From Balneolaceae bacterium (GTDB lineage: Bacteria > Bacteroidota > Rhodothermia > Balneolales > Balneolaceae): 32,000 nucleotides of DNA. The notes beneath the pieces were generated by a model, which saw only the letters and a program-made list of their open reading frames with translations, had not been told where the DNA came from and searched no databases. The stretch is from the NCBI GenBank assembly GCA_040882505.1, contig JBBEBE010000013.1, forward strand, positions 99,518-131,517, given 5' to 3'. Positions within the stretch are counted from its first letter, which is position 1; every line of letters starts with the position of its first letter. Below are positions 8,008-16,556 of the stretch, one piece after another. The position numbers and the translations under genes were made by a program.

Positions 8008-8034
8008 TTATCGGCTCATCTTTGTCTTCCTTAA
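8008..8034 (-). promoter_or_regulatory. Sigma-28 (FliA)-type promoter immediately upstream of motA
   Basis: The minus strand reads TTAA-GGAAGACAAAGATGA-GCCGATAA, then tggagacATG. This has the TAAA-N15-GCCGATAA architecture: the -10 is 8/8, the -35 is 3/4, and the spacer is exactly 15 nt. fliA is encoded in the window. Confidence 0.65.
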
Positions 8035-8134
8035 CCGACCCGATTCTGAAGCATTCCCTCATCCAGACAGATGCGGTCCTGTCTTGCTCGGGTCAGCGCC
8101 ACGTCACCCAAATCCCGCGTTGATCAGAGACTTG

Positions 8135-9754
8135 TTATCGCTTCAGATTCACAGCTTCCATCAACATCTCGTCAGAGGTCGTGATGATTCTTGCACTCGA
8201 TTGATAGGCTCGTTGCGAGGTAATCATCTCGGTAAACTCCTGTGCCAAATCGACATTTGAGGCCTCCAGGAAGCCTGAATTCACACTGGTATCGGCAAAG
8301 CTTCCAGCTCGGTCGATGTAGGTTTCGCCGGCTGCAGACGTGGCCACGAACAGACCGTTTCCAACGGTTTCAAGACCGTTTTCATTCTGTACTTCACCCA
8401 GTGCAATCTGTGCCAAAACCTGGCCCTGACCGTTGTCATAGATCCCTTCAATCTGGCCCTCGCTGTCGATCACAATATCGACCAAACGTCCCTGACTGTA
8501 TCCGTCCTGCTTGATGATCTTTGCGCTGTCACTACCGGAGTATTGTGTGAATTGGCTGCCGAGCGCCGTATCTCCCAGACGCATTCCGAACGTGACCGTA
8601 CTCGCTCCTCCTCCAGGCTCGAAGGTGATATGCTGCACGGGGTCGGTGGTCAGTTGACCTACAGAGTCGAACTCCAGGGGTCCGGTTCCCCCCCCGGTAA
8701 TTTTCTCCCCGTCCAGAAAACGGGCATCGAAACTCCACTCATTGGCGCTGGTTTGCGTAAAATTCAGCATCAATGAGTGGGCGCGTCCCAAATTATCATA
8801 CACCGTGGTGCTCATGGACTTCGATCCGGTCACACCATTTGTCGTTACCTGAAATTGCGGGAAATTCACATCCCCGGTCCCGGTCACAGCGATATCCGTG
8901 ATGTTCAGATCGCTCTCTCCACTCTGTTGTGAGTGAACCATCAGCAACCCGTCAACCAACACCATCGTCGCTTCACCGGCTACGGCTCCGTTGACCGTAT
9001 CAATCAGATCCTGCATCGTATCTCCTGCAGCATAGGTGTGAGACACCGTCTGTGCAGTCCCGTCATTGTCTACGATATCGAAATCGATCGTATCTCCTGC
9101 AACCAACGGATCCACAACCTGTGCAAGATCACTGATCTCCGTATCGTAATCAGCGGTTGCCCCGCCAGGATGGGTGAGCGCATTTTGCGCCTGCAGCGAC
9201 TGAAACGTACTGGTGTTGGCATCCAGGTTTCCTGCCATGGTTACCATCTCTGTCTGCTTCGGCTCCAACGAATTGTCCGGATCGACCCGGATCGATTCGA
9301 AGTTTTCCCCACTCAGGATGGTTCCACCCCGTTTCGCATTGTATCCCTGTACTTCCCGCCCACCAGGATCGACCAAAAAACCTTGTTTGTTGAAAACAAA
9401 GTTGCCGGCACGAGTCAAAAACTGCCCTCCTTCACCTTGTACGACGAAAAACCCTTTTCCTTCGATTCCAAGATCCGTATCAATTCCAGTGGTTTTCATG
9501 GTTCCCTGACCGAAATCGCGATCAATGGATGAAACTTTGACACCCAGTCCCACTTGATTGCTCATCTGTGGAACAGAATCCCCGGCGCCACTGGCTCGAC
9601 CCATTCGTTGATTGATCATCTCGGCGAATGACACTCGAGAAGATTTGAATCCGGTTGTTTCCACATTGGCAATATTGTTGCCGATTACATCCATCTTGGA
9701 CTGCTGGGCCCGAAGACCGCTCACTCCTGAATTCATCGATTTGATCAATGACAT
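8135..9754 (-). CDS. flgE: Flagellar hook protein FlgE
   Basis: N-terminus MSLIKSMNSGVSGLRAQQSKMDVIGNNIANVETTGFK and C-terminus DLAQEFTEMITSQRAYQSSARIITTSDEMLMEAVNLKR. The ATG at 9754 has SD GGAGGAGtgat. The ORF-track start at 9799 would cross the flgD stop. Confidence 0.92.
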   Translation of the reverse strand: MSLIKSMNSGVSGLRAQQSKMDVIGNNIANVETTGFKSSRVSFAEMINQRMGRASGAGDSVPQMSNQVGLGVKVSSIDRDFGQGTMKTTGIDTDLGIEGKGFFVVQGEGGQFLTRAGNFVFNKQGFLVDPGGREVQGYNAKRGGTILSGENFESIRVDPDNSLEPKQTEMVTMAGNLDANTSTFQSLQAQNALTHPGGATADYDTEISDLAQVVDPLVAGDTIDFDIVDNDGTAQTVSHTYAAGDTMQDLIDTVNGAVAGEATMVLVDGLLMVHSQQSGESDLNITDIAVTGTGDVNFPQFQVTTNGVTGSKSMSTTVYDNLGRAHSLMLNFTQTSANEWSFDARFLDGEKITGGGTGPLEFDSVGQLTTDPVQHITFEPGGGASTVTFGMRLGDTALGSQFTQYSGSDSAKIIKQDGYSQGRLVDIVIDSEGQIEGIYDNGQGQVLAQIALGEVQNENGLETVGNGLFVATSAAGETYIDRAGSFADTSVNSGFLEASNVDLAQEFTEMITSQRAYQSSARIITTSDEMLMEAVNLKR

Positions 9755-9767
9755 ATCACTCCTCCGT

Positions 9768-10448
9768 TTATTGGTTGCTTTCGCCGATTTCCATGACATC
9801 CGAAATGGGCAGATCCAGCTGCCCGACTCGTAACGTTACACCTTGATCTCCGAACCGTACCCGTTCGACAATACCCTCCAGAAAAGGCGTTGCCTGGATG
9901 GACTCCTCTCCATTGGCAGCTTCAATGGATATCTGATACGTGCCTTCTCCCAGTCGGGCGCCTCCGTCATTAAGTCCGTCCCACGTCCAGTCATGAACTC
10001 CCGCTGGAAGGGACCCTAAAGACGTACGTCGTAGCTCGGCACCACTGCCGCTCCGAACAACCACGTCTACCTCCGTCGCAGCATTCGCCAGTTCAAACCG
10101 AATATCTGCGTCCCCGCTTGGTTCGAGCCATACCTGCTCGCTCATCGCACGAATTTCCCTGCCGGCCAGACTCGCCGAAAGTGAATTGTTCAGGCCGGCA
10201 CTCATCATCTCTTGATTCTCACTCAGTTTTGACAATCCGTCATTTACCTGAATCAGTTGCTCTACTGAATTGAACTGAGCAAGCTGTGCAGCAAACTCGG
10301 CTCCTTCCAGCGGATTGATCGGATCCTGGTTCTTCATCTGGGCAACCAAGAGTTGCAGAAACTCCTGTTGTCCCAAATTTGCATGTTCACCCATCTTCTG
10401 GCTGTCACCTACTGTCGCCCCGGAACCAAAAAGTCCATTGATCTCCAT
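9768..10448 (-). CDS. flgD: Flagellar hook capping/assembly protein FlgD
   Basis: NLGQQEFLQLLVAQMKNQDPINPLEGAEFAAQLAQFNSVEQL is the FlgD N-domain, followed by a FlgD Ig-like C-half. The ATG at 10448 has SD AAGGAGGAGAG. The ORF-track start at 10670 would overlap fliK by ~210 nt. Confidence 0.9.
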   Translation of the reverse strand: MEINGLFGSGATVGDSQKMGEHANLGQQEFLQLLVAQMKNQDPINPLEGAEFAAQLAQFNSVEQLIQVNDGLSKLSENQEMMSAGLNNSLSASLAGREIRAMSEQVWLEPSGDADIRFELANAATEVDVVVRSGSGAELRRTSLGSLPAGVHDWTWDGLNDGGARLGEGTYQISIEAANGEESIQATPFLEGIVERVRFGDQGVTLRVGQLDLPISDVMEIGESNQ

Positions 10449-10458
10449 CTCTCCTCCT

Positions 10459-12351
10459 TTATCCTGTCCACTCCATACGATTATACCCGAATGACCGTAT
10501 CCGGGCGTGATTTTCCGTGGTCTCGTCAACAGGGTCATTCCCGCTCCCTGAAGGCGATGACTGTGATGACGTTGCCCCTTTTTGTTCAATCCAGTCATCA
10601 AACGTTGATTGACCGGAATCCTCCCCTTGGTCCAGCTGAAGATCAATCTCCAACCCACACTCCTTCTCAAGATGCTGCCGAATCTCCTGCTGATGCTCGA
10701 CCAACAGACGATTCAGCTCCGGGTTTGAACTTTGCAGTTTCAATTGAAGGACCCCGCCGTCGCGACGAGCCATCAAATTCAACTTCTGCCCATCATCGAG
10801 AGTCAATTGGTGTTTTTGCCAAGACCCTTGCTGAGTCGGATCCCCTGACGTAACCCGTGAAACTCCACGCGTCAACGATGGCAGGATGTGCCGTCGCAAC
10901 TCAAGATTGGCAACCGGCATTTGATCCAGTCGCATCGAAGCCCGTGCATGTTGGTTCAGTCCCCGAATTTCGACCCACTCCCGGATGAATTCTTTCTGAG
11001 GGTGCGAATCCTCGATGGTCTCCACCTGATCGAGCGATTCACTCACGCCAAACCGGACCCACTCCGGTTTTGAACCGCTCATTCCGGTCTCTTCATTCGC
11101 TGACAGTTTCCCGGAAAATGCTCCCGGGGCCGATGCCCGATTTCCGTCCGAATCCTCCGCATCTTGTTCCAGTCGGGAGAGATGCGCTTCCATGCGCTCA
11201 TTTGACGCAGCTTCCATCTGACGCTCTTGCTTTCGAAGAAGCAATCGCTCCAACGCCTCTTTTGTCGATTTCAGGGAACGACTTGCTTGTTCCGTCTGCT
11301 CTGCCGATTTGCCGACGGGTCCAGCATCGACCGACCGTGACTCCGACTCTACAAGGCCTGCAACCTTCCCGGAATCAGGCACTCCTTCCATTCGAGGTTG
11401 ATTCTCCCCGATTGTCGATCTCTCCCCGACCCGACGAGATTCCTCACCGTTTTCACCTTCGCTGAGAATCTCCCCGGATGGCGCGTCCAATCGATCCCCT
11501 GTTACCCTCTCGTCGATGGACGTCCCCGATCGACCTTGATCCCTGTCTGTATCATTCAACATCCGACCACCGGATGTTGAATTCGAATCATCGCGAAGAC
11601 GCCCTGTCGGTTCCGTTTCCTGCGGCGAATTCCCGCCTGCACTCGGAATCGACGGTTCTTTGCTCTCGGTTCGGGAATCTTCCTCGGTACTCACTTCCGG
11701 TTCATCGACTCGTTCCATCGCTACTGGATCTGATTCATCTGTAATGGATAGCTCATGTACCCATTGGTCCGGCTCTGAATCTGCTTCATGCGCGCCCGAG
11801 TCACGACCGATCTCTCCGGGGTTCGCACTCTCTTTCGCTTCTGTTTGCTCTCCATCCTCCCGGGTCACCGCACGACCCGGCTCCTCCGATTCGGTGTCTT
11901 CTGTCACATCAAGCGTTGACTCCCCGAACTCCGGTTGGATCGTACCATTCTCAGGGTCCGAATCTTTTTGGTTTTGCACGGCGTCTTGGTTTTGCACGGC
12001 GTCGTTCGACTCCTTCGGTTCGTCTGAATTCGATTCGGATCGAATCTTGCTCTCGGCCACATTCTCTTTCTCGGCCAGCTCTTTTTCACGCACATCCCGG
12101 AGTTCGTCTTTGCGCGCTTGCTGTTTTTCGATTCGCTCCTCCATGTCGTTACGAGCACGACTCTCTTTTCCCACGGGATGTTCCCGTCTTTCCAAATGGC
12201 GCTGTCGATCCAAATCCCTGCCCGATGAATCCTCCTTCAGAGACCTCAACATCTGGTTAAACGTGTCGTTTCTTCCCGAATCCGGTGAGGATCGAGTCGA
12301 CCGTATCTCCGCAGATGTGGTGGAATGAGTAAAAAGTGTCCGTTCTACCAT
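10459..12351 (-). CDS. fliK: Flagellar hook-length control protein FliK (long, acidic, low-complexity)
   Basis: The C-terminal region LELRRHILPSLTRG...QLTLDDGQKLNLMARRDGGVLQLKLQSSNPELNRLLVEHQQEIRQHLEKECGLEIDLQLD resembles the FliK Flg_hook domain. It lies between the ylxF-like gene and flgD. The rest is a disordered E/D/S-rich ruler-like region. Confidence 0.75.
   Translation of the reverse strand: MVERTLFTHSTTSAEIRSTRSSPDSGRNDTFNQMLRSLKEDSSGRDLDRQRHLERREHPVGKESRARNDMEERIEKQQARKDELRDVREKELAEKENVAESKIRSESNSDEPKESNDAVQNQDAVQNQKDSDPENGTIQPEFGESTLDVTEDTESEEPGRAVTREDGEQTEAKESANPGEIGRDSGAHEADSEPDQWVHELSITDESDPVAMERVDEPEVSTEEDSRTESKEPSIPSAGGNSPQETEPTGRLRDDSNSTSGGRMLNDTDRDQGRSGTSIDERVTGDRLDAPSGEILSEGENGEESRRVGERSTIGENQPRMEGVPDSGKVAGLVESESRSVDAGPVGKSAEQTEQASRSLKSTKEALERLLLRKQERQMEAASNERMEAHLSRLEQDAEDSDGNRASAPGAFSGKLSANEETGMSGSKPEWVRFGVSESLDQVETIEDSHPQKEFIREWVEIRGLNQHARASMRLDQMPVANLELRRHILPSLTRGVSRVTSGDPTQQGSWQKHQLTLDDGQKLNLMARRDGGVLQLKLQSSNPELNRLLVEHQQEIRQHLEKECGLEIDLQLDQGEDSGQSTFDDWIEQKGATSSQSSPSGSGNDPVDETTENHARIRSFGYNRMEWTG
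11968..12003. repeat. Perfect 18-bp tandem duplication (2 copies of ttggttttgcacggcgtc) inside fliK
   Basis: 11968-11985 and 11986-12003 are identical. The duplication is in frame and encodes DAVQNQ-DAVQNQ on the minus strand. Confidence 0.95.
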
Positions 12352-12353
12352 AT

Positions 12354-12932
12354 CTACATGACCTCCGTAATCAACTGAGCAGATCGGTCCGTGCTTAACG
12401 AACGAAGAATCTTTTCCCGCTGCATATTTCCTGCCTCCTTGTAGATTCGAATCAGTTGGTCTTGATTGAGTCGATCCAAAATCGGTCCCATTTCTCGTTC
12501 ATCCAGATTCAACAAACTCTTGATTCGCTGCGCAAATGCTTCACCGGCCTCTTCCGTGGGGCCTGCTTCGGCAACGACTGGAGTGCTCCCGCTACTGTCC
12601 GGGGCAAGGTTCGACTCCAATCGTCGAACATCCTCTTTCAGTAATCGATTCTCCTCTTCCAGCGAATCGATTTGAGCAATAAAATGAAGTTCACGTTCGA
12701 TCTGTTCTTGTCTGGAAAACGTTCGGGTCGATCCTGCAAACTCTTCCAAATCTCCCTCGTCGCTGATCAAAATCGTCTCCTCCGTCACTGTGTCACCAAC
12801 GTGATTCCCGTTCTCCAGGGAAGGGTTCACGACGTCCGGGTTCAGCCAGGGGTAGGCAAACCAAAACCCGGCCAACATGGCGATAAACACCAGTGGAAGG
12901 ATGATCAACCATCGAATCCAATCTCTCATCAA
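12354..12932 (-). CDS. YlxF/FlbB/MotE-like flagellar protein (N-terminal TM, coiled coil, MgtE_N-like C-terminus)
   Basis: TM WIRWLIILPLVFIAMLAGFWFAY, coiled coil LEEENRLLKEDVRRLESNL, and C-terminus LLNLDEREMGPILDRLNQDQLIRIYKEAGNMQREKILRSLSTDRSAQLI (MgtE-N-like repeat). It occupies the slot between fliJ and fliK, as ylxF does in Bacillus and flbB in Borrelia. Confidence 0.55.
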   Translation of the reverse strand: MMRDWIRWLIILPLVFIAMLAGFWFAYPWLNPDVVNPSLENGNHVGDTVTEETILISDEGDLEEFAGSTRTFSRQEQIERELHFIAQIDSLEEENRLLKEDVRRLESNLAPDSSGSTPVVAEAGPTEEAGEAFAQRIKSLLNLDEREMGPILDRLNQDQLIRIYKEAGNMQREKILRSLSTDRSAQLITEVM

Positions 12933-12972
12933 CTTTTGATTACTACGTATTCTTGTTCCAATTCCGTATGCA

Positions 12973-13404
12973 TCACAACGAAGTCGACATCACGCGTGCA
13001 GCGACTTCATCCAACCCCTTCTGTTCCTGCTGTTCCTCTTCATACTGGTATGCTTCCTGCTGGCGGTCCCGAAGATTTTCCAGTACACGACGTCGCCGGT
13101 TGGCATCTGTCAAACGCGCCTGTTCCGTTGCAACCCGTATCTCCTGGGTTTCCAAACTGCGATCCAACTCGATCATCTTCTGACGCATCTCCTCACCATA
13201 CGCATGCACTCGCTGCAGGTCCTGAATGCGTCCCATCCGGCCGGAATCAGCCTCCATCAACCCCTCTGCAAGTCGCGACCGAACCTGTTCCCGCAACCGC
13301 ACCATATCGTATCGTCGACCCACTTCACGAGACAATGCCTGCTTCCGAAGGGTCTCTTCGTGCGATCGGACCTTCAATACCGGTTCCAGTGAGAATCTGA
13401 ACAT
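12973..13404 (-). CDS. fliJ: Flagellar export chaperone/stalk protein FliJ
   Basis: 143 aa, all coiled coil. The N-terminus MFRFSLEPVLKVRSHEETLRKQAL matches the FliJ pattern (F.F.L..vL..R). The ATG at 13404 lies 2 nt after the fliI stop. The ORF-track start at 13509 would overlap fliI by ~100 nt. Confidence 0.8.
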   Translation of the reverse strand: MFRFSLEPVLKVRSHEETLRKQALSREVGRRYDMVRLREQVRSRLAEGLMEADSGRMGRIQDLQRVHAYGEEMRQKMIELDRSLETQEIRVATEQARLTDANRRRRVLENLRDRQQEAYQYEEEQQEQKGLDEVAARVMSTSL

Positions 13405-13406
13405 GA

Positions 13407-14822
13407 TCACTCCTTCGTCGATTTCTGTGATGTCCCGGCAGTCGGTGATGACTGGCCCGGATCGGGCCTGTTCTCCTCCGTTCCGAGAATCGACTCCAGC
13501 TTCTGCCAAAAGTCGAGTGAACTCTCTTCACTCATGTCCTGTATCAAAAATGATTCCAACTCCGGCATTTTCCGGATGGAAAGGTCCACTTTCTTGCTAC
13601 TCCCCTGAACATAGGCTCCGATCTGGATCAACTCTTCGGCCTCCCGATAGGCCGCCAACAACTCCCTCGCACGCATCGAAAGTCGTCGCTGTTTTTCCGT
13701 AACGACCTTCGGCATCACCCTGGAAACACTTTCGAGGACGTCTACTGCAGGGAAGTGATTTCGGTGAGCCAACCGCCTTGAAAGCACGATATGACCGTCC
13801 AAAATGGATCGGACGGCATCCGCAATCGGTTCATTCATGTCGTCTTGATCGACCAACACCGTATAGATGGCCGTCATACTTCCCTTGTCGGTTCGACCCG
13901 GCCGCTCCAGAAGTTTCGGCAACATGGCGAAGACGCTTGGGGTGTACCCTTTGGTCGTCGGAGGTTCTCCGGATGCCAGTCCAATTTCTCGTTGAGCCAT
14001 TGCCACACGTGTCACCGAATCCATCATCAACAGGACATCTTTTCCTTGGTCGCGGAAATATTCCGCAATGGCCGTCGCTGTATATGCCCCGCGAATTCGA
14101 CTCATCGCTGCCTGGTCAGAAGTAACCGAAACCACCACGGACCGTGCCGCTCCCTCTTCACTGAGAGTTTCCTGAATAAACTCCTGCACCTCTCGGCCTC
14201 GCTCTCCGATGAGTGCAATCACATTGACCTCTGCGCTGGAATTTTGTGCAATCATACCCATCAGGACACTTTTGCCGACACCGGACCCTGCAAACAGTCC
14301 GATCCGCTGCCCGCGGCCCATGGAATTGAGGGCATCCAGCGATCGAATTCCGGTTCGAAACGGCTCCTTGATCGGCAACCGGTCAAACGGAGAGGGGGGA
14401 TCTCGATGAATTCGTGCCCGTTTGCAGCAGAAGATTCCCGTTTTTCCGTCAATTGGAACTCCTTCTTCATTTACCACTCGCCCCAACATCTCCTCACCGA
14501 CCGGTATGGAATGTGTCTGCCCCGTCCGTGTCACACGACAACCGATCCGCAAGCCATTCACCGGCTGATACGGCATCAGAAGTGCACGCTCCTCTCGAAG
14601 ACCGACCACTTCGGCTTGAATGTCATTCCCGGATACATCTTCAATCTGATAGAGTTCACCGACACGCGCCTCCAGTCCGGTACATTCGATGAGCATACCG
14701 ATGACCGACGCCACTTTTCCATACCGACGAGGGGCAACCGTCGTCTCCTCGAGCAACGCCCGTATCGAACCCATTCGGCTTTCGAGTCGTGAAAAAGCTG
14801 TATCCGTTGTGAGATCAGACAT
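13407..14822 (-). CDS. fliI: Flagellum-specific ATP synthase FliI
   Basis: Walker A GLFAGSGVGKSVLMGMI, Walker B DVLLMMDSVTRVAMAQREI, and F1/T3SS ATPase fold motifs. The start overlaps the fliH stop (TAATG). Confidence 0.95.
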   Translation of the reverse strand: MSDLTTDTAFSRLESRMGSIRALLEETTVAPRRYGKVASVIGMLIECTGLEARVGELYQIEDVSGNDIQAEVVGLREERALLMPYQPVNGLRIGCRVTRTGQTHSIPVGEEMLGRVVNEEGVPIDGKTGIFCCKRARIHRDPPSPFDRLPIKEPFRTGIRSLDALNSMGRGQRIGLFAGSGVGKSVLMGMIAQNSSAEVNVIALIGERGREVQEFIQETLSEEGAARSVVVSVTSDQAAMSRIRGAYTATAIAEYFRDQGKDVLLMMDSVTRVAMAQREIGLASGEPPTTKGYTPSVFAMLPKLLERPGRTDKGSMTAIYTVLVDQDDMNEPIADAVRSILDGHIVLSRRLAHRNHFPAVDVLESVSRVMPKVVTEKQRRLSMRARELLAAYREAEELIQIGAYVQGSSKKVDLSIRKMPELESFLIQDMSEESSLDFWQKLESILGTEENRPDPGQSSPTAGTSQKSTKE

Positions 14823-15502
14823 TATCTCCCGGTAGTCAATGACTGTTTGAGTTCGTCAAGCAGCTCTCGGTAGGTTGCAACCAGAACCTCCTTTCGCGTC
14901 TCGACCCGATACTCTCCCCGCCGATAGTCCTCGTCCGTCTCCAACCGCAGCAGATCCATCAGCCCCGTCTCCTTCACCAGATCCGCAATCGGTTCCAAAT
15001 CTTCGGGATGAACCACCAAAACAGGTCCGGTCCGGTCCTGCAACTGATTCACCATCCGGTCAAGCGAGATGTTCATTTGTTTCCGGAAATCGGGATTCTG
15101 AACGTGCTCGTCGATTACTTTTTCGGCCAGAGCAAAGGAGAGATCGACCAACTGATCCTCCAACACTCTCCAACGTTCGATGGACGCCTCTTCCGCTTCA
15201 GATGCCCCTTGACGAATCTCCTCCAGTGCAGGTTGCAATCGCTTCTTCTCCTCGGCCACACCCTGTTTTCGACCCTCCCGAAGGCCCAATTGATAGGATT
15301 CGGTCCGTATTTTCTCGAGTCGGTCTTCCCATTCACGCTCTCGCTCCCTAAGTCTTTCGACCTCCTCTTCACGCCTTTTGGAACCGGACAGTTCTCCGTT
15401 GTGCTCCTCGAAGATCATCTTGTAATCAAGTCTGGAATGATCCGAATCGGACCATTGAATCCGGTCGGAATCAAGAATATGTGCTGCCCGATCTTTGTCC
15501 AT
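14822..15502 (-). CDS. fliH: Flagellar assembly protein FliH
   Basis: 226 aa with a charged coiled-coil N-half (EEEVERLREREREWEDRLEKIR) and a FliH/YscL-like C-half. It lies between fliG (TAGATG junction) and fliI. Confidence 0.8.
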   Translation of the reverse strand: MDKDRAAHILDSDRIQWSDSDHSRLDYKMIFEEHNGELSGSKRREEEVERLREREREWEDRLEKIRTESYQLGLREGRKQGVAEEKKRLQPALEEIRQGASEAEEASIERWRVLEDQLVDLSFALAEKVIDEHVQNPDFRKQMNISLDRMVNQLQDRTGPVLVVHPEDLEPIADLVKETGLMDLLRLETDEDYRRGEYRVETRKEVLVATYRELLDELKQSLTTGR

Positions 15503-16552
15503 CTACTCGACAACCTCCACGTCGGCACCTTTCCGGATGACAATTTGACCATCCTCTTCCAGCTCCTTGATCTTCCGGATGATCCGCTGTTGTGCCTCCT
15601 TGACCTCCTTGACCGGCACCGGTCCGAGAGCCGCCATATCTTCACCCAACATGTCGGATGCACGTGTAGACATGTTGAAGGTAAATTTGTTCAACAGGTC
15701 GTCGTATACCCCTTTGAGACCCATCACCAAATCGTTCCAATCCAGTTCGCCAACGACCAGTTGCAGGGTCCGATCGTCGAACGTTCCAATGTCTTCGAAC
15801 AGGAACATCTTCTCTTTGATGTCCTCTGCCATTTGCGGGTCCCGTTCTTCGATCTCGTCAAGAACATTCTTCTCGACTGCCATATCCGCTTCGTTCAAAA
15901 TCTGGGCCACCGTTTGAGTGCCACTTCTCACTTGATCACCCAAGGCATCCATGCCGCCCATCTGCTCTTTGATCACTCCCTCGATCTCATGTACAACCTC
16001 GGACGTAATTTTATCCATGGCAGCCAATCGATAGATCACATCTGCCTGAAATTCAGGCTCCAGATGATCCAGTATTTCGGCAATACGTTCGACCCGAAGC
16101 TGCGAAAAGATGAGTGCTGCCACCTGTGGGTGCTCGTTCTGAATAAAATTGGCGATCTGCTGGACCTTGTTCTCTTGAAACTGCTCGAAGACCGTCAGTT
16201 CGGTATTCTCTTTGAGAATGCGCATGACCTTGTCGATGTCAATCTTGCTACCGAGCAAACCCAGAAGTTCTCGCGCTTTATCGTACCCCCCCTCCAACGT
16301 ATAGTTTCGTGCAACCATGGCATGGTAGTACTCTTTGAGTACTCCGAATACCACGTCGGAATCGACGTTCCGCATGTTGGCGATCTCGAGTGTAATCGCC
16401 TCCACCTCCTGCTCGGTCAATGTCCTCAGGATGTCCGCGGCAGGTCGGGTTCCAAGTGTAACCATCAGGACTGCTGCTTTCTGGATTCCATTCAAAGAGT
16501 TCAGGTCACTGTAGGTGACGGGCGCCCTTCGTTTCGCCTGAATTTGTGCCAT
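15503..16552 (-). CDS. fliG: Flagellar motor switch protein FliG
   Basis: NGIQKAAVLMVTLG, the conserved MFLFEDI motif, and the C-terminal torque-helix region FNMSTRASDMLGEDM. The ATG at 16552 lies 4 nt after the fliF stop. The ORF-track start at 16654 overlaps fliF. Confidence 0.93.
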   Translation of the reverse strand: MAQIQAKRRAPVTYSDLNSLNGIQKAAVLMVTLGTRPAADILRTLTEQEVEAITLEIANMRNVDSDVVFGVLKEYYHAMVARNYTLEGGYDKARELLGLLGSKIDIDKVMRILKENTELTVFEQFQENKVQQIANFIQNEHPQVAALIFSQLRVERIAEILDHLEPEFQADVIYRLAAMDKITSEVVHEIEGVIKEQMGGMDALGDQVRSGTQTVAQILNEADMAVEKNVLDEIEERDPQMAEDIKEKMFLFEDIGTFDDRTLQLVVGELDWNDLVMGLKGVYDDLLNKFTFNMSTRASDMLGEDMAALGPVPVKEVKEAQQRIIRKIKELEEDGQIVIRKGADVEVVE

Positions 16553-16556
16553 CCTG

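Noticed and set aside
8065-8084. Hairpin AGACAG-atgcggtc-CTGTCT downstream of flgE as a possible terminator
   Set aside because: The stem is only 6 bp and no U tract follows on the minus strand. It is too weak to call, and read-through into motA is more likely.
13791-14792. Other long antisense ORFs: 13791-14792, 17394-18269, 28571-29656, 3002-3727, 6358-7008, 12672-13400, 11660-12328, 8933-9532
   Set aside because: Each lies opposite a confidently identified gene (fliI, fliF, the ROK kinase, fliO, motB, ylxF-like/fliJ, fliK, flgE), and none has a recognisable motif. They are treated as shadow ORFs.
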